Assembly (NCBI GenBank): GCA_963693365.1
Contig: CAVNZM010000010.1
Coordinates: 4,028,159 to 4,092,158 of the forward strand
Source of the DNA: Amoebidium appalachense
Taxonomy: Eukaryota; Protista; Ichthyosporea
Reading direction: 5' to 3'
Length of the DNA: 64,000 nucleotides
The position numbers and the translations under genes are program-made. The stretch's first letter is position 1. Each line of letters opens with the position of its first letter. Below the pieces are notes generated by a model. It made no database searches. It was not told the origin of the DNA and saw nothing but the letters and a program-made list of their open reading frames with translations. This document shows positions 1 through 37,632 of the stretch, piece after piece.

Positions 1-252
1 GACGATGGCTCTGTAGACTGCTTTTTCCGAAAACAAAATAGAACTTCCAATAACAGACAAGCAGAGTGTGCCCCCCCCCCCCCCCCCCCCCCCTCCGTCC
101 CCCAATAAAATGCTTACACAGGCATGCACAAACACGTGCATGTTGGCACGCACACACACACCGACGTAGATGCCGACTCCACACACACCGCCCACTCGCA
201 CACTCATACTCCACTAGGTGGACACACAACCCTCATCTCACACAACACTCCA

Positions 253-302
<50 letters not shown>

Positions 303-479
303 ACGCACACACACGTACGCACGCACGCACGCACGCACGCACACATCCACACATCCACACATCCACCCACCCAACCATTCATCCCCCCTCCTCCTCCTCC
401 CCCCCACCACCACCACCAGCGCCTATCCCCCTCTTTCCTTAGTCCCCCCCCCCCCCCCCCCCCCCCCCTACACACACAC

Positions 480-6184
<5,705 letters not shown>

Positions 6185-6337
6185 TCTGTGCGGAAACTGG
6201 GGGAAATGAAACGGGTAAACGGCAATATTCGGGTTGGATGTGTTGGCTACAACTGCACACGCACACAACTGCTACAACTGCAATGCAGGCTCCAAAAAAA
6301 AAGGAGAACACAAAAAAAACAAAAAACAAGAACTTAC

Positions 6338-7057
6338 TTAAGCCTCAGCATGCAAGTTCGTCAGATTACGTAACCCCACATTACTAAATATAGCGCTCCA
6401 AAGATCGTGATATCTAAATATAGTCTACGCAGTTTTTTGTTGGCCCACTGGCCATGGGAACTTGAACTTCCAGCAACAAAACTCGGCCAGTGCGCGCTTT
6501 GTGTTCAGGGAAAAAAAGAGTCTTGGAAAAACGAATTTTTCGAGTAGTATATGCGTTTTTTCTTTTATTTTTTCTCTCTTGTTTTATTTAATACAGCCTT
6601 CGCATTGAAGAATTTTTGAGGAGTGGGTTGTTCTGAACTCTTTCAGGAATAATAGGGGTAGTAGGAGAGGAAGTGTTTCTTGATCATTGCCGTGGTGAGT
6701 GATGCAACATGAACCATTCCCAGCAAGCTTCCTGGTTCTCACACGTACACCATTGGACGGACACACACTTGCCAAGAGCACATACTCTTGGTAGTTTCAG
6801 AATCTAGAATTTAGAAGAGACACAAGAGTCATTAGTGACGGCAGTGTATTTTGGCTGGAAAATACGCTTGCTCGGAGGCACATTTAGTTCGCATTTTGGA
6901 TGATTTGCTGGATCTGCAAACACCCTCTCGCATTATTCCTGCACACCATCACGCGTAGTATTGGCGATTCATCACGGCAGGTTTTAAGATATTAACTACA
7001 AACCCAGAAAACTAACACATCGGTTGCAGGAGCTGAGGCAGAGCTTTTTCCGTTAAA
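6338..7057. promoter_or_regulatory. Probable bidirectional promoter and 5'UTR region between head-to-head PFDN6 and RagA
   Basis: Microsatellite-free interval between two divergent starts. A minus-strand GTAAGT donor near 6337 and an acceptor just before the PFDN6 ATG imply a 5'UTR intron. Inferred from position only. Confidence 0.5.
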
Positions 7058-15217
<8,160 letters not shown>

Positions 15218-15757
15218 AAGAATAGCCTAATATGGCTATATTTTTCAAGTCATGGCGTGCCGGGGTGTGCTTTAATACTTTCAGCATAAGAGGGTACGTG
15301 TTTTCAGGTGCTATCCTGACCTGCTGATGGGTGGTAGTGTTTGGTTCGTTTAATGTATTTTGACGGAGTGGGTGTTTTTGTATATCTCCATGGTTTTTTT
15401 CCCTTCTTCTTTCCTTCCGGCCCCGTTTTCGTGCCCTTGGCCGGCAGCATCTACTGTTTTCCCTAAACAGGTTCGGTATTTTTACATATATATGCGGTTC
15501 CCCATGTTTCTCGAAATATTAGCCAGCTGTCCTGGCTGTGTTTAACTCTGTAGTCTATACTTAGATATATTCTGTGTGGATGTGAAGGACGGCTGTACTA
15601 TGACGATGGCATGTTTAAAAACTAACAGGAGAAAAAACAGTTTTATACATTCAGTGGTGATATCAAATAAATACACCAATTATGACCCAAACATTTTGCA
15701 CGGGCTAATGCACCAATTGAGGTTTCCGGACAAATGCACACACCCTCAGGTTAACCA

Positions 15758-15789
<32 letters not shown>

Positions 15790-16425
15790 ACACACACACA
15801 ACTCACCACCACCACCACCACCACCACCCCTCCTCCTCTCTCCTCGCGGGAGATACATGCAAGAAGCCGAGATCATCTCTCCATTTTTGGACGGACGTTC
15901 AATTTGGATAGAACATCTATATTCCGAAAAAGCACCAACACAATCAAGTACACGCAGCATCTTTAATTTCTGTGGCAACTCCATATTCAATTAAGGTGCT
16001 TTTGCCATATCGCAAGGTGCCGCAATCGCATATGTATGGATTTACTACAGAAATATGGGCCTATATTTTTGAATTTTTTTTTGGTGTGTCTCGTGTGTCA
16101 AGTTACAATACAATATAGTGGTATTACATTTATTTATTTGAAACCGAATTCATTCATTCCGCCCCGCGTTCATATGCACAGATTTGATGCCAACATATGA
16201 AAACACTACACTAACATAATTATAGAAGACTGACATACATCAAACACTTATGCTCTGGAACAGTACCATTACTAATATCAAGACGCAAACCAGAAGAACT
16301 AAGGATCTAGGTTGCCGTTTGCAATTGAGTGTGCGTGCACGTGTGTGAAGGCATGTCTGTGAGTGTGTGCGTGTGTGTGTGTGTGCATGCATGTGTGTGC
16401 GTTTGTGTGTGTGCATGTGAGTGTG

Positions 16426-16481
<56 letters not shown>

Positions 16482-16492
16482 CGTGCGTGCGT

Positions 16493-16562
<70 letters not shown>

Positions 16563-17337
16563 CGCGTGCGTGTGCGTGTGCGTGCGCGCCCGCAAGTGCG
16601 CGCGTGTGCATCCAGCCTTGCTTCCAAAAAAACCACAACGGTGTAGAAAACAAAGACAGGGAAATGTCACCAAGTCCGAGAATACCCTCATGCCTACAAT
16701 TCCTAAACCCGCGCGTCAATCCTAATTCCATACGAGATAGGGAAAAAGTCGAGTAAAAATTGACAGAAATACACATAAGGGTACAAAAATGATAGCAACA
16801 TCAGATACCTGCTCCCTCCCTCCCTCCCCCCCCCCCCCCCCCCCCTCCCCTCCCCTTCCTCCCCTCCCCCCCCCCCCTTCCTCCCCCCCCCCCCCCCCTA
16901 CTGTGCGCATGGCTGATGCTGCATACTTGAATGTTTGCCTTTGCATGTGTCCTGCACCATGCTTCTCATCGTGTATGCGTACTTCGTACTGTGTTCCGCA
17001 TTCAAACACCCCCCCCCCCCCCCCCCCCCCCCCATTGCTCTCCGGCAGCACATACACATGCAAACGCAACCAACTGGACAACCCAGTAAAAAAAAAGGGG
17101 GAGAGAGAAGGATTCAGGGGTTTTCGAATGAGGAGAAAGAAGAAAGAAAATTAAGAAAAGAAAAGAAAGAACCAAAGAAAAGAAAAGAAAAGAGAAAAGA
17201 GAAAAAAGGCCCAAAAACAAAAAAAATCCTCCCGAAACACACGTGGTCAACAGCTCCACCCCGTTTCCACTCAGTAGTATCCGTTATCAGCATTGTACTT
17301 AATCGTGCGCGGGTCGTTTGTCATGTCGAAGTGTAGC

Positions 17338-22800
<5,463 letters not shown>

Positions 22801-22837
22801 TTTTTCTGTTTACGTGTGGGGAGGGGGTTGGGTGGGT

Positions 22838-22870
<33 letters not shown>

Positions 22871-22912
22871 GTGGGAGGGAGAGAGGGAAGTGTGTGCGCA
22901 CGTGTGCGTGCT

Positions 22913-22946
<34 letters not shown>

Positions 22947-23724
22947 CGTGTACATTTGTGTGTGCGTGTGGGTGGGTGGGCAGGTGTGTGTGTATGTGTG
23001 TGTGTCTGTGTGTGTGTGTGTGTGTGGGTGGGTGGGTGGGTGGGTGGGTGGGCGTGTGTGTGGGTTGGTGAGTAAATGAGTATGTGTGTGGAGACGAGGG
23101 GGGAGGGGGGAGGGGGGACAGGGAGGCGGGAAGGGTGGGCTAGGAAGGTAGAAGAGAGTCCAGGTTTGAAGTGCTCAACATGGTGCGGAGAATTAAGGGA
23201 GGGGGGAAAGGGGATAGAGAAAGAGGGGTGGAAGGGCATGGAAGGGGAGAGGTGAATGAATGGGTGGATGGGTGGTTGATGGTGTGTGTGTGTGTGTGTG
23301 TCTGTGTTGGGGAGGGGGGAGGAAGGAGGGCGAGGGGAGGATGGATGTGTATATGTGTATGGGTGTGTGTGTGTGTGTATGAGTTGAGGGGTGTGTATGT
23401 GTGCATTGAATGCTAGGCGTGTGTACGGGTTGGTGTGTATTTTTTAGGTGTGTGTGCTGTGCACTTATGCACAAGCGATATTTGTGTGCCCCGCATGTGT
23501 GCTGTGTTTGCTTTGTGCTTATGGTGCCTGTGGGAGTGGGTGCTCTGTCTGTGTGTGTGTGCACGCGCGCGGGAATGTGTTTGTGTCCGTATGTGTGGGG
23601 GGGGGGGTGAGCGTGAGCTTGTCAGCGTGAACCTGTGTGTGCATACATTCGTATGGATGTACGTGCCTCTGTGTGAGCGCACGTGCCCACGGCCCGGGCC
23701 ATGGGCTTGTACGTGAGCGAGTGC

Positions 23725-23771
<47 letters not shown>

Positions 23772-24050
23772 TGTATTTGTGCGTGTGTGTGCTTGTGTGT
23801 GTGTGCGCACGCGCGTCAGGCAGGCATATCCGTGTAGCACATTCTAGTAAAAAGAAACTAGCAGACGGCGGAAGATGAAGAATAGCGCAAAGCAGGGAGT
23901 GCTTTTTTGTTATTCTCCCACGAGAGGGTGTGCGGTGATTATGGCATTGTGTGAACCCCACCCCTACGTGGATCCTTTTATATATGTGACATATCCTGGT
24001 GTGTTCGTGCCGGCATTTGCCTAAACGTTTTGGTTAACGAGGTGGGGGAA

Positions 24051-24092
<42 letters not shown>

Positions 24093-25078
24093 ATTCTCTG
24101 TTGCCTGTCAGCTTGTCAGTATCCAACAATTCCTTTTGTTACATTTTTTGCGCTTCCCCCTTCCGTATTGGAAGCAGGAGGGTGGTGGGTAGAAACGCCG
24201 TTTGTGCACAGCGAAAAACAGGAATAACAAAGGCCAAGCAAGGTAACAATTGTAAAGCTTCGCACACAAAACCTCTGAACCATTAGGATGTTGATGTGTG
24301 TTGGTGTGTTTGTGTGTGCTCATGTATTCGTGTGAGTATGTGTGTGTGCACGCCCACGTGCGTGCGTGTGTGCTTGCGTTGCGTGCGAGCATGCGCGCGA
24401 CCGAGCCCGTGTCTGTATGTGTGTGCGTGCGTGTACGTGTGTGCGGGCACCTAGATTGAGCGGGTGAATACGTTGTGTGTGTGATTGTGTGTGAACACTT
24501 GTGTGCGCGTGTTTAAGTGTGTATGTGTGTGAGCGGTGTTGAGTTGGGGGTGGATAAGGGGAGAGGCGGGGGGGAGGGGAGGGGGGGAGGGGGGGGGGGG
24601 GGGGGGGGGGTGTAGCTCACCAGATGTTGACCATGGCAGGATGAAGTGTTCAGTACTCCAATTTCTCCTTGCTGGAAGTGAGAGGCCAGATGCTCCAGTT
24701 TTATACGGCACACAAGCACCAGTCAATGAACTGAACAATAAATTCAAGTGTGCTCAACCCGATGACAAGGTCGGTGGGTCAAGGAAAACTCTGGACGTGA
24801 ATGCCAAGTTCCCTCTACCCGGTCGGTAATTCTGAAAATACTTATCACGCCCTTGTGTGTTTCAGTCATAACATGCTTATCTCGAACTAACGCGCGCGCT
24901 CGCCAATTCCAAACGACCTTTTTTTTTTAGGTGAGGGGAAGTAAGGGCTTTCTTTTTCACAGGTCTAACACTGCCGTCTTTTCTCGTTTTCTGAAACCTT
25001 CTTTTTTCACTCCTCGAGCTCGCTCAAGTTCTCTCGAGCTCTCTCTTTTTTTTTTTTGGGAAGCTTGATCATCTCAAC

Positions 25079-25286
25079 CAGGGATGTGTCGGTCACTGGC
25101 CGGGTGGGTCTCGGGCGGGTTTAGGCAAAGGCCGGGTGGATCTCAGGCCGGGTCGTCTTTTTTTCGGTCCGAGCCGGGTTGGTTCTCGGGTCTTGGACCC
25201 TTGTGATCGGGTTGACCCGCGGGTTACCAAATGCGAAAACCTCGGGTGTTCGCCCGGACTGGCCATATACGTGTGTACATGTATTC

Positions 25287-25328
<42 letters not shown>

Positions 25329-25933
25329 ACGTGTGTGTGTGTGTGTGTGTGATATGTTTGCGTGCGTGCGTGCTGTGTGTGCACATGTGCTCGCGGTGTG
25401 TGTGTGGCTTTTCCACGCATGGCGTCTACATGTGAACAGACAGTGCTCGTGTGCTTGCGGCTTACTTGATTATATAGAGCTTGGTAGTGGTGACTAAAGC
25501 AAACACAACGTAACGTGCACAGCAGTTACGATTGTCTCTCTCTTTTTACTTTTTCTTTTTCTTTTTCTTTTTATATTAAAGCGCTAGCCTAGCCTCAGTA
25601 CTCTACTACTGTAGCTAACTATGCCTCAGCAATGTTTATACTGTCTACCATATATGGACATGAATAAAATACTGTATTGTTATTAGTTCACTGTGCAATC
25701 CCTGAAAACCAATTATCAATCCAAATTTACTACTTATTATGGTTAATAGATCATGCTTTACCCTGACCCGGCGGGAACTGACCGGGTCAGAGCCATCGGT
25801 CGGGCTGGGTACGGGTCTGACCCGCCGGGTCATAAAGCCGACCGGGTTTGAGCAAAAATGCCCCGGGTCGGGGCTGGGTAACGCCGACCCGGCCGGGTTG
25901 GTTCTCGGGTCGACCCAACCCGACACATCCCTG
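25079..25933. mobile_element. Non-autonomous hAT element (MITE)
   Basis: 14-bp TIR CAGGGATGTGTCGG / CCGACACATCCCTG (Ac-like CAGGGATG end). Perfect 8-bp TSD ATCTCAAC at 25071-25078 and 25934-25941. Dense subterminal CGGGT/CCGGG repeats. Confidence 0.93.
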
Positions 25934-26183
25934 ATCTCAACTGATCCAGTCTGCTTTCAATAGCTATTTATAGTAAGTTAAATCTTAAAGCTATTGGCTG
26001 GAAAATCTGAAAAAGGAGTCCTCTTAGATCCAATATTTCATCATTTTTGTTGATTTTGTGTCAGTCTGACAGTCTGTGTGACAGATACATGTTGGACCAA
26101 TGTTTATATGAAATCATGATAATCTTATACTTAAAGAATTCTAAATAATCTCAGATTTTTATTGAGTATATTTTAATAGCTCC

Positions 26184-26670
26184 TTTATTATTTTTTCTAG
26201 CTTTCTATTCAAGACTTTTTTCTAGACAGCTACTAGCTATGTTAAATTTACCCCCTATTTTCATGAGCATATCAATAAAGTCATTATAAATAGAAAAATA
26301 AATAAATAAAAATAAAAAAAAATTACCCCCTGTGCTCAGGAGACCACCCTTTTTCTCTCGCCGATAATTGGTCTAGCGGGCAAAAGGCTGTTAATTGGTT
26401 TAGCGCGCATCACAACTCAATCATAAGATCATGTTGGAACTTCAAGGTGTGGCTTTATTATTTTTGCTAGCCTCTATTCAAAACTTTTTCGTAGACAGCT
26501 GCTAGAAATGGTAAATTATTGTAACCAAATAATTATGATTTTACCCCCTGTGCTCAGGAGACCAAATTTTTTCTCGCCGATGATTGGTCTAACGGGCAAA
26601 AGGCTGTGATTGGTTTAGCGCGCATCACAGCTCAATCATAAGATCATGTTGGAACTTCAAGGTGTGGCTT
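26184..26670 (+). repeat. Diverged tandem duplication (two units of ~270 and ~215 bp) with paired ATTGG boxes; probable TMCO1 promoter/first exon
   Basis: 26184-26453 versus 26454-26670. Each unit has two ATTGG motifs and ends in AAG|GTGTGG, a possible donor. The duplication is seen directly; the promoter role is inferred. Confidence 0.7.
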
Positions 26671-26887
26671 TTCCGCTTTTGTAATGTTTGTGGGGGTTTA
26701 CGCTGTTTACTCGAGGCAAAGAGAACCAGTCTCAGGTATGGGGGGGGGGGGTTTGCTCGGAATATCCCCTCAGCGGTATATCATGATCACGTACATAGAT
26801 GTCGGGTGGTGACTATATATCAGGGTTTACTTTCTCTACGAGACACCATAAAGACTACAAGGAGAAATCAATTAGTTGGGGTTCCCC

Positions 26888-26933
<46 letters not shown>

Positions 26934-26965
26934 GGGCTCCCCTCGGGACACTCGGTATCAGCTGG

Positions 26966-27034
<69 letters not shown>

Positions 27035-27038
27035 TGCG

Positions 27039-29044
27039 CTATAATTTTGTAGTGATGTGTTTCTCAAGCCAATCAATACATCTAATAAACAGGTCGTAGT
27101 TACGCGTGTTTAGTATAAAATCAAGGATGTTGTAATTTACAGGTAGGCTATCTTTCTGGGTGTCTGTTGTGAATGTGACGTGTGTGTGTTGCGGTATTAT
27201 GTGGTCTATCAAACTACATTTGGCGATACATGACCGGTTAAACTGGTGTGTGTGTGTGTTGTTTGGGCATGCAAATGATGCCACCTTATACTTATTAGAT
27301 CTCCACTGTATAGCACGTGTACAGTAAAAGCGTGGTAATTGATCAATAATACCATCAGCTAGAGAAAGACCAGTTCTACAGGAAGGTAATATGTATTTAG
27401 GTGTTATACACTTGCGAGTGCCATATTTGGCAATATGGTTGAGGCGGTCAGTATATATAAAACGAGACATAAGGCTTAGTTTTTCAAGGTGTATGCTTTC
27501 ATCGGGTCTAGTGTCGTGTGGTATCTTTTTCCATTTGTTATATTGCGTGATTATCTTGTGATTGTGTACATGTTTAATAAGTAAGTGGCAGTCCAAAGTC
27601 ACACACACACTATTGCGGGGTTTATTTGTATTTGTGCCCAGGGGAGAAGGGGAGAGAGAGGGGAGGAAAGAGGGGAGAGGTGAGGAGGGGACAGGTCGGA
27701 TAGAGAAGAGAGGGTGGGAGGGCAAATACTTCTTTAAGCGGCTTATGTGCTTATTGAATTTCAGCGCGAGATAGGATACTCTAGCAGCTATTGGGACCAG
27801 ACCATATATCGAGAGCGTTACAGGCCCAGGTTTACAACAGTTGTTAGATAGAAAGGAGGCAACTTCTGCTTCAAGGAAATTTGCCAAGGGTTTAAGCGCT
27901 CTAGTTCTCTCTTTCTTGATCCAAGCGGCGAGAAGGGGTAAACCATATTCACATGCCGGGAAGACAAAAGTGCGAATAAATGTAAGTCTAATAGAAGGAT
28001 GGAGGGGTGTGTCTTTAAAAATATTAGCCGAGAAGAAAGCTAACCGCTTACGAGCCAACTCTACCCTCTTTTCGACCATATGGGGAAACATAACACCAAC
28101 AGAATCAACCGGAACACCAAGATATTTGTATTCTGGAACTATAGGTACAGGTTTAGATGATAATGTAAATGTGTGTAAATTGTTAGCTATATCAGGTACA
28201 AGAACACCACATTTGTCTATGTTAAGGATCATAAGGTTTGCCTTGCACCACTCTGACACTACATCGAACAATCTTTGCAGGCGTCTAGGGGTACGGGCAA
28301 GGAGGGACAGATCATCAGCATAGAGAAGTGCAGGCGGAAAGTTATTAATAGGGTCATCGTTTTCGGCGTAAATCTTGACAGCCAAATCATCTATAAATAG
28401 GTTAAACAAAAAGGGGCTAAGCAATGAACCCTGCAAGAGACCTCTAGTACGAGCAAAACCATATGAAAGATGCCCATTAACCACAGCTCTACCATAGGTT
28501 TGAGACAAGAGTGCTTCTAACAGAACACCAATGCAGTGTGGTACACCCCGTGCAGCAAGCTTTTCCCATAGGAGACCAGGGGAGACAGAATCGTAAGCAG
28601 TTTTCCAATCAATAAAGCCAACATATTGTGCACCAACTTGCATAGAATCGTACAGTGCCATTATTTGAACATAACATGAATTGTTTTTACGAAAAGCGGA
28701 TTGGCATGGGTGTATGTGAAGAATAGATTGAAACCTAGGGTGATGTGCAAATAACCTAAGTAAGCAAGCTTCAAAGAATCTACGAACAACCTGGGTTAGT
28801 GTAATGGGGCGAAAGGATGATATGGGGCCCTCAGAGTCCTTCTTAACTATGGGGATCACTAAGGTATCTAACCAAGATGACGGGACATGTCCACATTTAA
28901 CACACCAAGAAAAGAGAGAGCTTAACATGATAGTAAGATCAGGTTTAATAGCACGATCACTTTCCTTTTGTGGGTAGGAGGGAACAAGGATTTTAAGAAA
29001 CCCAGCAGGGAGTCCATCAGGTCCACAAGACTTACTAGAGCTAT
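27039..29044 (-). CDS. LINE reverse transcriptase domain and C-terminal Cys/His region (3' part of interrupted ORF)
   Basis: Canonical non-LTR RT motifs (YADD, QGS.LSP.LF). It joins in frame to 30117-30454 once the nested insertion is removed. Confidence 0.92.
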
Positions 29045-29762
29045 GACTTTGGACTGCCACTTACTTATTAAACATGTACACAATCACAAGATAATCACGC
29101 AATATAACAAATGGAAAAAGATACCACACGACACTAGACCCGATGAAAGCATACACCTTGAAAAACTAAGCCTTATGTCTCGTTTTATATGTGTGTGACT
29201 TTGGACTGCCACTTACTTATTAAACATGTACACAATCACAAGATAATCACGCAATATAACAAATGGAAAAAGATACCACACGACACTAGACCCGATGAAA
29301 GCATACACCTTGAAAAACTAAGCCTTATGTCTCGTTTTATATATACTGACCGCCTCAACCATATTGCCAAATATGGCACTCGCAAGTGTATAACACCTAA
29401 ATACATATTACCTTCCTGTAGAACTGGTCTTTCTCTAGCTGATGGTATTATTGATCAATTACCACGCTTTTACTGTACACGTGCTATACAGTGGAGATCT
29501 AATAAGTATAAGGTGGCATCATTTGCATGCCCAAACAACACACACACACACCAGTTTAACCGGTCATGTATCGCCAAATGTAGTTTGATAGACCACATAA
29601 TACCGCAACACACACACGTCACATTCACAACAGACACCCAGAAAGATAGCCTACCTGTAAATTACAACATCCTTGATTTTATACTAAACACGCGTAACTA
29701 CGACCTGTTTATTAGATGTATTGATTGGCTTGAGAAACACATCACTACAAAATTATAGCGCA

Positions 29763-29829
<67 letters not shown>

Positions 29830-29861
29830 CCAGCTGATACCGAGTGTCCCGAGGGGAGCCC

Positions 29862-29911
<50 letters not shown>

Positions 29912-30109
29912 GGGGAACCCCAACTAATTGATTTCTCCTTGTAGTCTTTATGGTGTCTCGTAGAGAAAGTAAACCCTGATATATAGTCACCACCCGACAT
30001 CTATGTACGTGATCATGATATACCGCTGAGGGGATATTCCGAGCAAAACCCCCCCCCCCCATACCTGAGACTGGTTCTCTTTGCCTCGAGTAAACAGCGT
30101 AAACCCCCC
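29045..30109 (+). mobile_element. 5'-truncated copy of the same LINE, inserted antisense into the element; TSD AGAGCTAT
   Basis: 29192-30109 is the reverse complement of 26692-27608 apart from homopolymer and microsatellite lengths. AGAGCTAT occurs at 29037-29044 and 30110-30117. Confidence 0.93.
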
Positions 30110-30470
30110 AGAGCTATAACTAGATATCACAGACCATATGGCATCGGGACTGAAAAAGGGGAGGATCGATTCTATGGGGATAGATGGGTCTACAGGCCAC
30201 ACAATAGGTTTCTGAGCGGGGGTCCTATCTTTAAACAGTTCCGAGAAATACTTATCAGAGTCTATGAGGGGGTCTCCAGTGGTATCACCAATAATACGAG
30301 CAGGGGGGCCAAATCGATTCATACTAGCAAGCCGGCGCAAGCTTTCCTTTTGAGACAGGGGTTCACCTAGTCTAGCGGGAGTGGTGTTTGGTAACAAGAG
30401 AGCATCGGGGTATTCCTTCCTACCACCGCCAGCATAATCACCGAGATCTATCAAATCATCAACAATAAAG

Positions 30471-31253
30471 TTAGTGCATGTATCTAGTACGAGATGTGAG
30501 ATCTGGCCTGGCTTGTGCAGATTCTAATAGGCGCATATATATAGGGTGTTTCGTAGCATAGCATACACATACATCAACTCTACCCCACTGTGACTTAAGC
30601 TGGGATAGACGGAGGCGAAAGGTGGGAGGGGGAGGGGGGAGCAGATCAAGGGAGATCTTAGGTAGGAAAAGGATAGGAGAGTGGTCAGATGACCTAGAGA
30701 GGTTAGGAGGGAGAGAGAGTTTTGACATGGTTGATGGCCAAAAGGCCACTCCCCAGTCGGTGTTGTGGGCATGGGATATTTGAGGGAACCGCAAAGTGTG
30801 ACTTTGGACATACCTTGCTAAAGGGATAGCACGCTCCGGGGGCTTAGATGGGTACCCGACACTCACTTGCAGTGTGTCTGTGTGGTGGAGTCGCGTGTTA
30901 AAATCACCTAAAATAACAGTGGACATTGGTAACTGTGACAACTCGTGAGTCAATTCGACAACCGACATAGATGGTGGGTAATATACAAAAGTAAAAACAT
31001 TAGAAAGAAACTCTATAGAAACCGAGAATTCCGTTTTTGCTACCGGTTTGCACTTCACTCTCACGTGTGGTGCGGCAAGTACAATAATGCCTCGGTATTG
31101 ATGTTTTTGAGTTGGCCTGACTGTATACAACGTCTCCGTAAGGTCTGATCTAGGGGTCAATCTTGGGCCGAAAGAATACATATATATTATAGAGAGTTTG
31201 TGAAAGATGCCATAACTTAGTACATGTAAACACATCCTTTTTGGTCGAAGCAT
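30471..31253 (-). CDS. LINE apurinic-like endonuclease (EEP) domain
   Basis: VYYPPS, VILGDFN and SDHSPI motifs lie upstream of the RT on the same strand. Confidence 0.82.
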   Translation of the reverse strand: MLRPKRMCLHVLSYGIFHKLSIIYMYSFGPRLTPRSDLTETLYTVRPTQKHQYRGIIVLAAPHVRVKCKPVAKTEFSVSIEFLSNVFTFVYYPPSMSVVELTHELSQLPMSTVILGDFNTRLHHTDTLQVSVGYPSKPPERAIPLARYVQSHTLRFPQISHAHNTDWGVAFWPSTMSKLSLPPNLSRSSDHSPILFLPKISLDLLPPPPPTFRLRLSQLKSQWGRVDVCVCYATKHPIYMRLLESAQARPDLTSRTRYMH

Positions 31254-31336
31254 GGTTGTACACCTTACTGCGCAATCCCCTCCACACCTCCCTCTCTTTT
31301 GTTATTCCTGTGCCTGTGCAACCAGCGTGTGCAACC

Positions 31337-36545
<5,209 letters not shown>

Positions 36546-37460
36546 TGTGATTGGCCGGTTACTCCTGGGTGTTTGGTAACTCAAGAGAGCATGGGTGTGG
36601 GTGGAAGTGGGTGGGTGGAGGGATGGGATGTTGGGGTGGAGAGGGGGAGGGCGAAGTGGGGGGGGAATGAGGAGGATCCCATCTCAGACATTCAAGTTAA
36701 TGGAAGGATGCATGGTAAGATGTGCAGTAAAGGCTAGATCATACGGTACGTGGTAATAGGTAGAATTTAGTAATTGGTAGAACCTTCAAAAGTAAAAAAA
36801 TGATACATAAAAAGATAACAAAAGCTACTACTGAGGTGTGATTCGTGGCCTCAAAAATTGAGTGTTTTATAATCTCTGTAGCTTAGATGGGCACAACGAT
36901 GGTGCTATTAATTGCAGGAAAATCTTTTTTTTTGTTTGTTTTGTTTTGTTATGTTTTTTTGTTTTGGAAAGGGGGGGGGGGGGGGGGGGGGGGGTCAAGC
37001 ATCGCAATCCAAAGTTGACGTGTTCATTAGCATGAGAATACATTTGTTAGCGAGTATTCACGAAAGATCTCTAGAGAGCTAGATTTTTTTTATTGCATAG
37101 ATGTATGCTAAATTTGTGATAAATATATGCACGTACCACAAGCATGTGTATGATTGGATGTGAGGGTAGAAAGTAGACTGTCATGCAACAAAATGACAAG
37201 ATATACCTTTGTGTTTCAAGCTCCACTCTAGTGATCTGACCACCATTTCGTTGCGCCCAACAGTGTGTCCTTATTGAAGGGTCAAAAAGAGGGCGAAAAA
37301 CGAGAAACTTTGTAAAGCTGAAACGCGCTGTATCCGTAATACTTCATACAGCAAAATAAATCTCACTAACATTATGTAATTGATTCAGAGTGAGCCTTGA
37401 TCGTGAAAGCAAATCAGCGGACACCCTGAAATTCACCAAAATATATCACTCCCATCCCCA

Positions 37461-37494
<34 letters not shown>

Positions 37495-37596
37495 GAGGGC
37501 CAAGTTACGGTCAAATCTGGTTTCGACCCTTCTGTAAGTTCCATATGCATATTTGTCACGCTTTCTTCTTTTCTCTCTACTTCCATATGCAAAGTA

Positions 37597-37632
<36 letters not shown>

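Larger units (their letters stand above)
26692..31255 (-). mobile_element. Non-LTR retrotransposon (LINE) with APE endonuclease + reverse transcriptase, interrupted by a nested copy
   Basis: The endonuclease ORF 30471-31253 has VILGDFN and SDHSPI. The RT ORF 27039-29060 has KSCGPDG, FRPITL, FIDWKTAYDSV, GLLQGSLLSPFLFNLFIDDL, LYADD and YKYLGV. One frameshift lies near 30490-30525. The 5' boundary is approximate and no convincing outer TSD was found. Confidence 0.93.

Noticed and set aside
26692-30109. Long inverted repeats flanking an RT read as a DIRS-like or TIR retroelement
   Set aside because: The 8-bp TSD, in-frame restoration of the ORF and upstream APE domain show a LINE with a nested antisense copy. 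No tyrosine recombinase or RNase H was seen.
31252-31259. ATGGTTGT versus ATGTTTGT (26684-26691) as the outer TSD of the LINE
   Set aside because: One mismatch in 8 bp and overlapping the ORF start; too weak to call for an apparently young element.
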